Positions 28,501 through 36,400 of a DNA stretch of 64,000 nucleotides are shown here, in pieces. Made by a program: the position numbers and the translations under genes. Origin of the DNA: Caldisericia bacterium (lineage in GTDB: Bacteria > Caldisericota > Caldisericia > UBA6126); assembly GCA_028700655.1 (NCBI GenBank), contig JAQVSG010000001.1:40507-104506 (forward strand), written 5' to 3'. Under the pieces are notes generated by a model. The model had not been told where the DNA came from. It ran no database searches and was given only the letters and a program-made list of their open reading frames with translations. Numbering within the stretch: position 1 is the stretch's first letter; each line of letters opens with the position of its first letter.

Positions 28501-31500
28501 TTAAAGTATATTAAACTGATTACTCCCGTTGATATAAGTGCAGAATCAGAAGTAGTAGTACAAATTACCAATATTGCAGGAATAAAGAATCCACCCACCG
28601 TGGGTCTGTATCGTTTGGCTGTGTTAACGTCTGTTGAGCCAACTCCTGTAGAGTCTCATGCTTTTAGCTTATTCTCTTCTGTTGGTGCTATTACTGTAGA
28701 GTTGGCCAAAGATGGTTTTGTAGAACCTGCGTTTCCTCCTGCCCCTGACCCAAGAGGTGCAACGCCAAATACGAATGCAGAATACATTATTCATTTCTCT
28801 ACCGGACCCTCGGGAAATTTGGTAAAAGATTTAGGAGCTATCACAATTGCTTTTCCTTATGATACCAAGCTACCCTCATCCATTTTACCAGGCTCTGTAC
28901 GATGTAAAATTACAAATACTATTCTTGGTGTTACGTTCGATGGGACTTTGTCACAAGCTCCCGTTGTTAACCAAGAAACCAATGAAATTGTGATCCGTGT
29001 TCCCGATGATGTTGAAGCCACAGATACTGTTGAAATCCGTTTTACAGAACTTGCCAATATTAAGAACCCGACACAATCTGGTACCTATTCCTTGGAAGTA
29101 TCTACTTCTTCAGAACCATTGTTAGTCCGATCCGATCCTTATTCAATTCTCGGACTATCGGCTGCGGACGTTTCTGTAGAACCTTGTTTACAACAACTAA
29201 CAGGTGCTGTAGTCAGTATCAATTTTACGACTGTGAATGCTTTAGCCATTGGAGATACTATTGACATAGAGTTTCCTTATGGTACTCGATTACCCTCTGT
29301 TATCGATGGAGATTTTGTAACCGTAAACAATCATCCTGCAAATATTGGGGCGTATCCCCAAGTGCAAGTTAATCAACAAATTGTATCGATCAAAGTACCC
29401 GAAGTCATTCAAGCATTGTCTACGGTACGGGTAGTATTTATTGAAAAAGCTCGTATACAAAACCCTTCCACTGGAATGTATTCTTTAAAAATCAAAGCGG
29501 GAGCAACAGATCCTGATCACCGATGGGTACATTCTAAAGACTACTTCATTTGTGGCGATTTTACATTGTATGCTGCCGAAATGATCCCTGATACTTTACT
29601 ACTCGGAAAGGGTCAAAGAAAACAGCTTGAAGTAATATCCTATGATGAAGATGGCAACGAGATACCAGCGGCTGGACTATCGTATTACTGGACAACGCAA
29701 GGGAATGCAGGTAGTTTAACAGATATAACGAAGAACAAAGCTACCTTAGTAGCCTCTCAAACGTCCGGTAGCGGTACGGTACAATGCGCTGTTACGTTTG
29801 GGAATACAACCATACAGGTAAGCGCTTCCGTTACCGTTTCTTCCACCACAGCACAATTGGTGATAAATCCTACGAGTGCCTCGATGTCTATTGGCGATAC
29901 AAAAACCTTTACCGCAGGAGCTTATAAACAAGATGGTAGTCCTCTTAACCTCACCTATAGCTGGAGGTTGGAAGGTGAATCCACCGGGACGTTGTCTCCA
30001 ACAACGGGACAAACAACCACGTTTACTGCTTCTTCTGCAGGAACCTCCAAAATTATCGTTTCTGCTACCTATGAAGGAGAAAAGCTTGAAGCGACTGCCA
30101 ACGTTACGGTTTCGGACAACGGAGGGCCTGGTCCTGGACCAGGCGACCAAGCTCCTATCCAAGCAACAATAACTCCAACAAGAGTGAATGCAAATCAAGG
30201 CGATGTTAACTTCAATTTTACGTTTACATCGGTGGCTGATATTTCGAATGGAACCATTGAGATCACTATTCCCTCTGGTTTCCCAGATCCTACCACAGCC
30301 CCTGGATCACAAGGTTATATAGCTGCATTGGCAGGAACAGGTGTGAATATTTCCAACCCTCCCAATATTCAAGGCAGAAAAATAATCTTTACAGTCATGA
30401 GTATGTCCATACGAAAAACATTCACAATGTCGTACTCAAAAGTATCTGCTCCTTCGACACCTGGTGAGTATATTTTCCAAGTACAAGGAAAACAAAACCA
30501 GGACAGTACCCTTGTGTCTGTAGAGGAACCTCCTGAAGTACTCGTTGTTTCAGTTGCTGACGGAAGTGGAAGAGCCAGTATTAATCCAAATCAAGCTTCC
30601 TCTGGAGCAACAGGGCAGCGATTCGAAATCTCCTATACCGCTGATGCACCTATGGACAGTGGAGCTGTACAAATCATCGTTCCACAGGGTTTCTCCAGAC
30701 CCTCTCTATCGTCCACTGCAGAAGGGTATGTTCGTCTAAAAGAGGATTCTCTAGACTTCGCGAATTCTCCCGAAGTGTTGGGCAATATCATTACTGTCCC
30801 TATTATGTCAATGGGTGTAAACGATAAGCTAACGATTATTTACGAAAATGTACGAATTCCTGCCCAACCCAATGTGTATACCTTTGTTGTCAAAAGCAAG
30901 GGGATGGGAGGCAGTTTTGTAGAGATTCCTTCAAGCCCCTCTGTCAATGTTAGCAATACAAGAATTTCCGATGCAAAAGTGGAAGTGGATCCCAATCAAA
31001 CATCCATGCCTGCAGAATATACCATATCGTTCCGAACCTCTGGTACTGGCTCTCTTCTGAGCGGAAAAGGGACCATCGAATTCATATATCCTGCCCAAAC
31101 GATCCTTCCCGATTCCATAAAGAGTAGTAACATTACAGTCAATGGTGAAGTCGTTACCTTACCACCCAATGTGGAATCTGTACGTAGTAAAATTACAATC
31201 ACTGTACCCAAAGATATCCCTTCGAATACCTTAGTGATTGTAAAATTTAGCATTGAAGCCAACATTGTGAATCCAGCAAAACCGGGGGACGAATACAAAA
31301 TATCCATTACTACCTCTTCCGATACCATACAAACATCAACAGATCCCTATACCATTGTTGTTTCAGAGCTTCGAAATATCAAAGTAGAAGTTTCTCCCAT
31401 ACAACCGGCTGCCATTGCAGAATATACAATTCGAATGAAAGTAGGAGGCGCGGGGGCTTTAAGTGTAAACCAAGACTCTATTACTGTCATCTTCCCGTCC

Positions 31501-33366
31501 GACACAGAATTGCCTTCTTCTATACCAGCGAATGCAATTCTTATAAATAGTACTCCCTTAATGACGCGACCTCAAGTTGACCTTGCACAGCGGAAAATCA
31601 TTATGGCTCTTCCGGTACGAATTGAAAATGACACTGACGTCAACATTGAGATAAAAACAGCTGCAATGATTAAAAACCCCACAAGGGATGGCATGTACAA
31701 ACTCAAAGTCTTTACATCCAAAGAAACCAAGCAAACAGAATCGGAAGCGTATCAAATTGGGACCTCACTTCTGGGTGATATCCGAGTATCTCTCTCTTCT
31801 CCTTTGGTGGACGAACAAGATGTTACCTATACCGTTCAGTTTAGAACCGGTGGATATGGACGCATTGAAGTGGGAGAAACCATCACGGTTACCTTTGATA
31901 GCCGCTACAATTTAGGGACTATTCAGTCTCACCATGTCACAGTAAATGGCGTTGTTTGTTCGGTGACTCCCGAAGTATCTGAAGGTGTTTCGGTTATTAT
32001 TAAATCACCTATTGCAATCGATGGAGAAAGCAATGTAACAGTCACTATTAGCAATATGCGTAACCCCTCGATATCCGGAGAGTATACCGTATCCGTATCA
32101 ACCCAAGCGGAGCCTATGCCCGTCGTATCGACTCCTTATACAGTGGGCATGATTCTGACCACAGAAATTACCGTCAATCCTTCTTCACCAAATGGTCTTT
32201 CGGGATGGTATAAAATTGCCCCCAATATTCTTTTCAACAACGACGTGGCGAGTGCTAAGATATTCTATGCATGGGATGAAGAACCCTTCCAGCGCTATAC
32301 AGGTTCAGCTATTACAGCGCCAGAAGGGATCCATACACTCAATTGGTATTCTGTTGCAGAAGGATTTTCCGATGAATCCAAGCAAGATATGCAGTTTAAA
32401 GTAGATACAAAAGCTCCTGAAGTGCATGTTAGCGAACCTAAAGATGGGGCTGTTTTGAACGAACCGCAAGTGAAAGTTGCAGGTGAGGTCTATGAAAACA
32501 ACTCCTTCACCGTAACGGTGAATGACAGACCAGCGACCCTAACAGAAAAACGCTTTACTTCAATTGTGTCTTTGAATCCAGGAGACAATTTGATTGATAT
32601 CATCGCCATTGATGAGGCTGGAAACCGAAGTGTTACACCTCGAATCCGCGTTAAATACGTGCAACCCTCCGATATCAAATTCAATATTCAATCTCCTCAA
32701 AGCCTATCGTCTGTATATCCCATTTTAGAAAAAGTAGATGACGAAAGACGGTTAATTGCAACCATTCCTATCCAAGGGAAAATAAATCCATCCACTGCCG
32801 ATACTGTGAACATTATCATCATGGATTTGATGGACAAACCTGTCACTCTACCCATCGACACAGAGGGTGTTTTCAAAGGCGACGTAAAAATGCCTGTAAT
32901 TGCTGGATTAAATGGGATTGTTTTTTCTGTCAAGGATCGTATAACAGGAAAAGAGTATTCCTCTTCTGCAACTGTGATTGCAAAGGTCATGATTGAATTG
33001 CAAATAGGGAATTCATTAGCCTTTATCAATGAACAAGAAAACAAATTGGATGCACCTCCCTATATCAAAGATGGCAGAACAATGCTTCCCATGCGATTTA
33101 TTGGAGAAGCCATTGGAGCTACCGTAGGGTGGATACCCGACAGCAAAACTGTTGTATATGACTTTGATACCATTCATATTGAACTGCAAATCGGTAGTAC
33201 AGAATCTCTAGTAAAACGCGGAGAAACGTCTGAAAAAATTGTCATGGATGTAGCTCCCGAAATTAAGAATGGTAGAACTTTTGTTCCGCTACGTTTTGTA
33301 ACAGAAACCTTAGGAGCTGAAGTGGAATGGATTCCAGAAACGAAAACTATAAAGGTTTCCAAATGA
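22528..33366 (+). CDS. Giant secreted surface protein (3,612 aa): 16 FP-NP modules, 2 Big_2, GPGPGPG linker, 2 divergent modules, 3 FP-NP modules, OmpL47-like, Ig-like domains, CuAO-N pair
   Basis: Uninterrupted ORF with a strong RBS. Signal peptide MKKGIAFIVAFVLALSQFGFYTAVNA. Repeated exit hallmarks such as SAKIKNPTTAGIYRLQVNTS and SAGLKNPTEGNYRITVFTN. C-terminal APPYIKDGRTMLPMRFIGEAIGATVGW and EIKNGRTFVPLRFVTETLGAEVEW. Confidence 0.93.
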   Translation: MKKGIAFIVAFVLALSQFGFYTAVNAIHAIDVLVVNQSGTDDVATGEISEYTIDFTLDEDVALDDVIKIKFPTGTSFVNATIDKSNVFVDGTNPTKDATASGTILSIHTPAAYSAGDIISINLPIEAGVKNPSTQSGKYKLQVGTFLGPNGTTTIENYDQYSNNYYIGHRSEVTISPSVDPNYNTAGVKNIKEFVTWTIKWKTGNQGHLTAGSDTITLDFTGNTNTFPKPDGCFDNGSGVYFIPATYIQINSKTLKSSATATLSGVAPNQTLDTITFTIPNTLSDISANATVTIILTNQVGMFNPPAGDYTIKVNSSRETTPISSQTIAVNDAVSFYDLDAVKAGVQGVVVDPPTTSTVASFQMGIINDIPLSVGVGTITFAMPMTMTGVRNPPITAVQFEHSIDAGVTWVETTLKTAPIFTGSNVVVTVPLDIPANSPIRVTLTKDLNIKTPTTAGAYSVQAMTSAQPYYRNSPTFAIGTGVSGVKVIPSPATDDSENVQYVVECKLGQSGALYKSTGKIFVELFLGNDPLTFDGITLSNGSVFLGTGQYTTIPTEVESLGAGIFKFTVSPPQDLNAGASVKITFKPSAGFVNPIAGTYKGIVYTTSEMLESESESYEIQDAIMVDAIDVDPTAAGVDAEYTITVSIDDNLTKNIDTISVAFPQGQRLPTTITPGDISVDGVDVILSPKVSSNVLTFHVPIDILAGPTFDIVLKKSAKIKNPTTAGIYRLQVNTSKQIAYRLSPPFNIGTSVTGIEVIPSPDTANSANVQYTVKFKIGTNGALTANSGDFISIQLPLGELPTAGASSITVNNDRCIENPTITDLGGGLYDLEVYPPKDLRSGSLVTVVFTTSAGLKNPTEGNYRITVFTNKEPIPMQSDIYLIKNAVVIHSVDVEPPATGAEAEYTISIDIGKKLTKDIDTITISFPRESRIPTSINKGSISIENDGVVRDLTLPPTVSSTSITLKVPVTYDPTLPGADPTLIIVVKQSAKVQNPSTAGIYTLQILTSSQPYYRVSPNYAIGTAVTDFKITPNPKSKNTVDVQYNYEFKVGASGGLTKNADEIHIIQKVGTAAPLPMLLPTSSVTVNGKYTQVATEIIEPTSPLYPPAAGWVEIILQVPEDIRNSGTVKIVIMSSAGLINPTAGNYKGVIWTDQEPIAVESEYYQIEDTILFLGPVIVTPPSVGQIAEYEVSLHLDLGLQANQGTITLAFPSGTKVNRTIPTTGITIQIGAGPEQNLNIAPQISGTNITITTPSNIPDATDIVLRFKKNAGVTNPTTAGLYRLQAMTSSQPYYALSEYYAIGSSITVFEVTPMPNNIGGERVVYVVKMKIGANGLIANEDQIFLSLPLGAPAGAGTLQPSTITVNGEFTTLSTNYQIDPTYGPPYIQFEIPTPVDVKANAELTVVFLESCALTNPLTEGIKFGYAHTSQEDIEIKSNLYNIVDSVAFPGINPPLDMRSVIPKSNGISLSAQYMVHFVTSPTKPQLTQNLDRIHIVFPDGTTVPSSISPGSIYISTAPIWGPGDPDSLTCPPPVGTILNQSVTITGQEVSFPVPFTVAPGSNVYILFCKDAGLKNPSKPQIYNLLVKTSTQPNYGISRNYIIRSTITPPEVFPDPPVINQNAEYTVQFTLGESGAITANNDDLFIGFNGDDYLTPVGNLAPSSVKVNGVYCTTYSIVTAGPALPGNVDNAPGWNLYRWIRIQSPVHIEKSSQVTIEFLQSAGFTNPAVSNNYTCIAWTNKEPIAIESYQYTIGDAVQSLEVPATHPNPKTTGSFAEYLIEFDLGADPASQLYANTSSISVEFPEGTAVPSYINPANIKIGFGAVCNPTFSSVPPITVEGNTVTFRVPVNIPAGEHVCVKFEKGSQIANPQEPGSYQLKLKTSSQPIAAISNYYSILSTSSIPRVSAAPPAINAKNVAYEIRFNTGINGNMLKDTEDIVIVFDPAYIGDYTVGFDPNPSPYPALTTSIPQNSVYINGIVLSSIPTVVNDAGELKYIKLITPVDISAESEVVVQITNIAGIKNPPTVGLYRLAVLTSVEPTPVESHAFSLFSSVGAITVELAKDGFVEPAFPPAPDPRGATPNTNAEYIIHFSTGPSGNLVKDLGAITIAFPYDTKLPSSILPGSVRCKITNTILGVTFDGTLSQAPVVNQETNEIVIRVPDDVEATDTVEIRFTELANIKNPTQSGTYSLEVSTSSEPLLVRSDPYSILGLSAADVSVEPCLQQLTGAVVSINFTTVNALAIGDTIDIEFPYGTRLPSVIDGDFVTVNNHPANIGAYPQVQVNQQIVSIKVPEVIQALSTVRVVFIEKARIQNPSTGMYSLKIKAGATDPDHRWVHSKDYFICGDFTLYAAEMIPDTLLLGKGQRKQLEVISYDEDGNEIPAAGLSYYWTTQGNAGSLTDITKNKATLVASQTSGSGTVQCAVTFGNTTIQVSASVTVSSTTAQLVINPTSASMSIGDTKTFTAGAYKQDGSPLNLTYSWRLEGESTGTLSPTTGQTTTFTASSAGTSKIIVSATYEGEKLEATANVTVSDNGGPGPGPGDQAPIQATITPTRVNANQGDVNFNFTFTSVADISNGTIEITIPSGFPDPTTAPGSQGYIAALAGTGVNISNPPNIQGRKIIFTVMSMSIRKTFTMSYSKVSAPSTPGEYIFQVQGKQNQDSTLVSVEEPPEVLVVSVADGSGRASINPNQASSGATGQRFEISYTADAPMDSGAVQIIVPQGFSRPSLSSTAEGYVRLKEDSLDFANSPEVLGNIITVPIMSMGVNDKLTIIYENVRIPAQPNVYTFVVKSKGMGGSFVEIPSSPSVNVSNTRISDAKVEVDPNQTSMPAEYTISFRTSGTGSLLSGKGTIEFIYPAQTILPDSIKSSNITVNGEVVTLPPNVESVRSKITITVPKDIPSNTLVIVKFSIEANIVNPAKPGDEYKISITTSSDTIQTSTDPYTIVVSELRNIKVEVSPIQPAAIAEYTIRMKVGGAGALSVNQDSITVIFPSDTELPSSIPANAILINSTPLMTRPQVDLAQRKIIMALPVRIENDTDVNIEIKTAAMIKNPTRDGMYKLKVFTSKETKQTESEAYQIGTSLLGDIRVSLSSPLVDEQDVTYTVQFRTGGYGRIEVGETITVTFDSRYNLGTIQSHHVTVNGVVCSVTPEVSEGVSVIIKSPIAIDGESNVTVTISNMRNPSISGEYTVSVSTQAEPMPVVSTPYTVGMILTTEITVNPSSPNGLSGWYKIAPNILFNNDVASAKIFYAWDEEPFQRYTGSAITAPEGIHTLNWYSVAEGFSDESKQDMQFKVDTKAPEVHVSEPKDGAVLNEPQVKVAGEVYENNSFTVTVNDRPATLTEKRFTSIVSLNPGDNLIDIIAIDEAGNRSVTPRIRVKYVQPSDIKFNIQSPQSLSSVYPILEKVDDERRLIATIPIQGKINPSTADTVNIIIMDLMDKPVTLPIDTEGVFKGDVKMPVIAGLNGIVFSVKDRITGKEYSSSATVIAKVMIELQIGNSLAFINEQENKLDAPPYIKDGRTMLPMRFIGEAIGATVGWIPDSKTVVYDFDTIHIELQIGSTESLVKRGETSEKIVMDVAPEIKNGRTFVPLRFVTETLGAEVEWIPETKTIKVSK
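23530..29570 (+). repeat. Protein-level tandem array with alternating A/B module subtypes (di-module period about 270-310 codons); limits approximate
   Basis: The NP hallmark codons start at 23881 (KTP variant), 24307, 24691, 25099, 25510, 25948, 26350, 26770, 27250, 27700, 28129, 28588, 29065 and 29461. The repeats are diverged at synonymous sites. Confidence 0.8.
29559..30117 (+). other. Two bacterial Ig-like group 2 (Big_2) domains inside the 3,612-aa protein
   Basis: MIPDTLLLGKGQRKQLEVISYDEDGNEIP...YYWTTQG...GTVQCAVTFGNTTIQVSASVTV and LVINPTSASMSIGDTKTFTAGAYKQDGSPL...YSWRLEG...SKIIVSATYEGEKLEATANVTV. These are followed by GGPGPGPGD at 30121-30146. Confidence 0.75.
32982..33363 (+). other. 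C-terminal pair of CuAO-N-like repeats (putative envelope anchor)
   Basis: IELQIGNSLAFINEQENKLDAPPYIKDGRTMLPMRFIGEAIGATVGWIPDSKTVVY and IELQIGSTESLV...APEIKNGRTFVPLRFVTETLGAEVEWIPETKTIKV. Confidence 0.85.
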
Positions 33367-33409
33367 CGACTTGTTGTAAAGTTTACTCCTACAACGAAGG
33401 AGGAAGGAC

Positions 33410-36400
33410 ATGAGCGCGAAAAAGATCATTAGTTTGTTGTTAGGATTTATGGTAATGTTCTCTATGGTTTCGGTTGGGTATTCCAGAATCACTACTTTTG
33501 TAAATGAACCCAACCCGAATACTGCAGGGACTCCTGCTAATCATACTTTAAAATTTACGAACACAGAAGAAATCCCTTTGGGAGGTCGTATTGAGATAGA
33601 GTTTCCCTCTGCTTTCGATTTATCGACTTTATCCATGGGAGCTCCTTTTGATGAGACAGATTTTGTGGTTACTTTACAAAAACCAGCAGCTTCTCCTACT
33701 CCTCCCGTTGTAAAGCCTGGATCTGTTATGCGTGATGGAAAGAAGTTGTCTTTTGAAATCGGCGACTCTAAAGTAGATCCTGGTTTTCAGAGAATTGAAA
33801 TCATCAATACAAAAATATTGAATCCCCCTACCCCAGGAAATTACACCATTCTACTACGAACCTACGATACGGCTGCGAATGGTCAAAGGCAGATTGAGTA
33901 TGCAACGTCTTCTCAATTTGAAATTGTAACAGAGATGAATCGTGCTTCTGTATACCCAGAACCAAACCGAGCGGGAGAAAGAGCCAAATACACAATTCGT
34001 TTCAAACTTGGAACGGGAACGAGTAGAAGTCTGTATGCTGGAGATCGTATTCGTATTCAGTGGGATGCCAATCTTGTACCCGGAGGCGATCCTACTAACG
34101 CTACGTTTATCCAAGCTCCCATTCCCAAAGAGTCTGTTACCGTAAACGGAGTGCATCCGCAAGTCGATCCACAATTTATCTCAGAAGGAATTCCAGAACC
34201 AAATCCCACAGGAAGTTTTTGTGAGATGGATGTTATTCTACCCAATAACATTAGTACGTCTTCTTCGTATGCTCCTGAAATTGTGATTGTGTTTGATCAA
34301 TCGGCAGGGATTATTAACCCCGATGGAGAATTGGACAATCGTACGATTGCAATCAGTGTCTACAGAAGCGATGGAATAACAGTGGTAGAGCCTGCTCTTG
34401 AATCCAATGCTTATTCTCTGAAAACATCCCTATTTGTTCCGGCTGTTTTTGTACAACCTGATAAAACAAATGCAGTCGCGGAATATCATGTTGCTTTCAA
34501 AGTAGGAGAGCAAGGGAAACTGATTGCGAATTCAGGAAAAATAACCGTTGAATTTCCTTCCGAAACCATTGTTCCCTCCACAATATCTGCATTTAGCATA
34601 AAAAATGCTTCTCCCCCTCCTGCTGTTGAACCTGTATTGCCCTATGCTGGTGGTACGGCAAACGCTCCTTATGATCCTCAAATCACAGGAAACAAGGTTT
34701 CTTTTGTGGTCCCAGAAACAGTTATGCCTGGTCAATACGTGTGTTTTATTTTTAAAACCGATGCAGGCATTCGCAACCCTGACAGAGAAGGTATTTATCA
34801 TTTAAAACTTTCAACATCGGCCGAACCTTCTGTGGTAACATCGCAGAATTATCGAATCCAGGGTTATAGTACAACAAGTGTTACCGTGGTTCCTAACAAA
34901 TCAGAAGAAGAAGCCGAATGGGATATCCGTTTTAAACTTGGATCTTCTGCTGGGTTGTATACATTTAACAACGATACTATTGCCATTACTTTTCCTCAAG
35001 GAACAGGTCTTCCTGCCATTGATATTCCTGCTGGGGATATCACCATCAATGGCGTTGCAACGACAGCACCAGCTGTGGTTACTCCGGCTACAAGGCAGGT
35101 TACCATCCTAGTACCGCAATCGATTGAACAAGGTTCCAATGTTGTAGTACGCTTTAAAAAACAAGCAAAAATAAACGTCCCCACCATTGATATAACCCCC
35201 AAATATTTTACGTTGAAAATTGTAGTTTCGACCGAAACAGATCCCTACATATCCGACCCTTTTGAAGTGTATACATCCATTGACAATCTGGTTGTATTAC
35301 TAAACGATCCAGGGGTTGGTGTTGTTTCTCAACAACAGGTTTCCTTTACACTAGGAGATGTGGATGAAGGATTGAAAGCCAATGAAAGCATTACGTTTGA
35401 GTATCCCGCAGGAACCAATATCCCTACTTTTGTCAATGCAGGGAATATTCGAATCTTGAACGTAACTTCTGCTGTGGAAATGAATCCATCGTCGGTACAA
35501 GCAAGTGGTCAGAAGATTAAAATTACTTTACCCACGACATTTCCTACTATTTTAGAGAAAGATCCTGTGCGTGTTACCTTCTTATCAAGCTGTGGTATTA
35601 CCAACCCAACCGAACCGGGATCCTATACTCTGAAAGCCTATACTTCGAAAGAAACCACGCCGGTTCAATCCGAATTCTATACGATTGGTACTGTCTCTGG
35701 AGCAGTTCAAATTTTCGTAGACCCAAAAGCATCTGGGTATTGTATCCCACAACCTACCATCCCCAAAAACAATAAAGGAGCAGAGTATACCATACAATTC
35801 CTAACCGGATCTAGTGGTGGTATCTCCAACGGTCAGTATGTGACAGTTGTATTCCCTCCTTCGTATGCCACGATTTTTAATACCAACTATCCGGCTCCTA
35901 CCAATATCATTCCTTCTGGTACCATTATGATCAACGATCAACCTGTAACCATGGGATCAAATATTGTGGATGCTCCTGCTTCCTATCCTCCTGGTTCCAA
36001 AATGGTTCAAATTCCTTTGCCTGTTTCAATTGGAACCAATGAAAAAGTGTCGATTCGATTTCTAGAATCAGCCGATATTGACAACCCTGTTGTTACAATC
36101 ACTCCGCAACCTTTTACTATCCATGTATTTACAGCCACAGAATCCTCCGCTGTATCGGGCACTTTTTATCTGTATTCTCAAATAGAAGGTATTGGGGGCA
36201 CGCCCATTAATAGCAATTTGCCCATCAATGTAACTTTATCGAATTATACCGCGGGGCGAGATTGCGGTATTGAGTTTGGTTTTAAAACTGGCCCAATAGG
36301 AGCTTTAAAAGCAAATTCCGATACAGTTTCTGTGATGCTTCCACAAGGCACACGACTTCCTTCCTATATCGCCTCTGGCACCATCGTGGTAGATCAAGAT

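Noticed and set aside
30121-30146. The GGPGPGPGD stretch as a collagen-like or functional repeat.
   Set aside because: It is a single short Gly/Pro linker between the Big_2 pair and the next module. This is ordinary inter-domain hinge composition.
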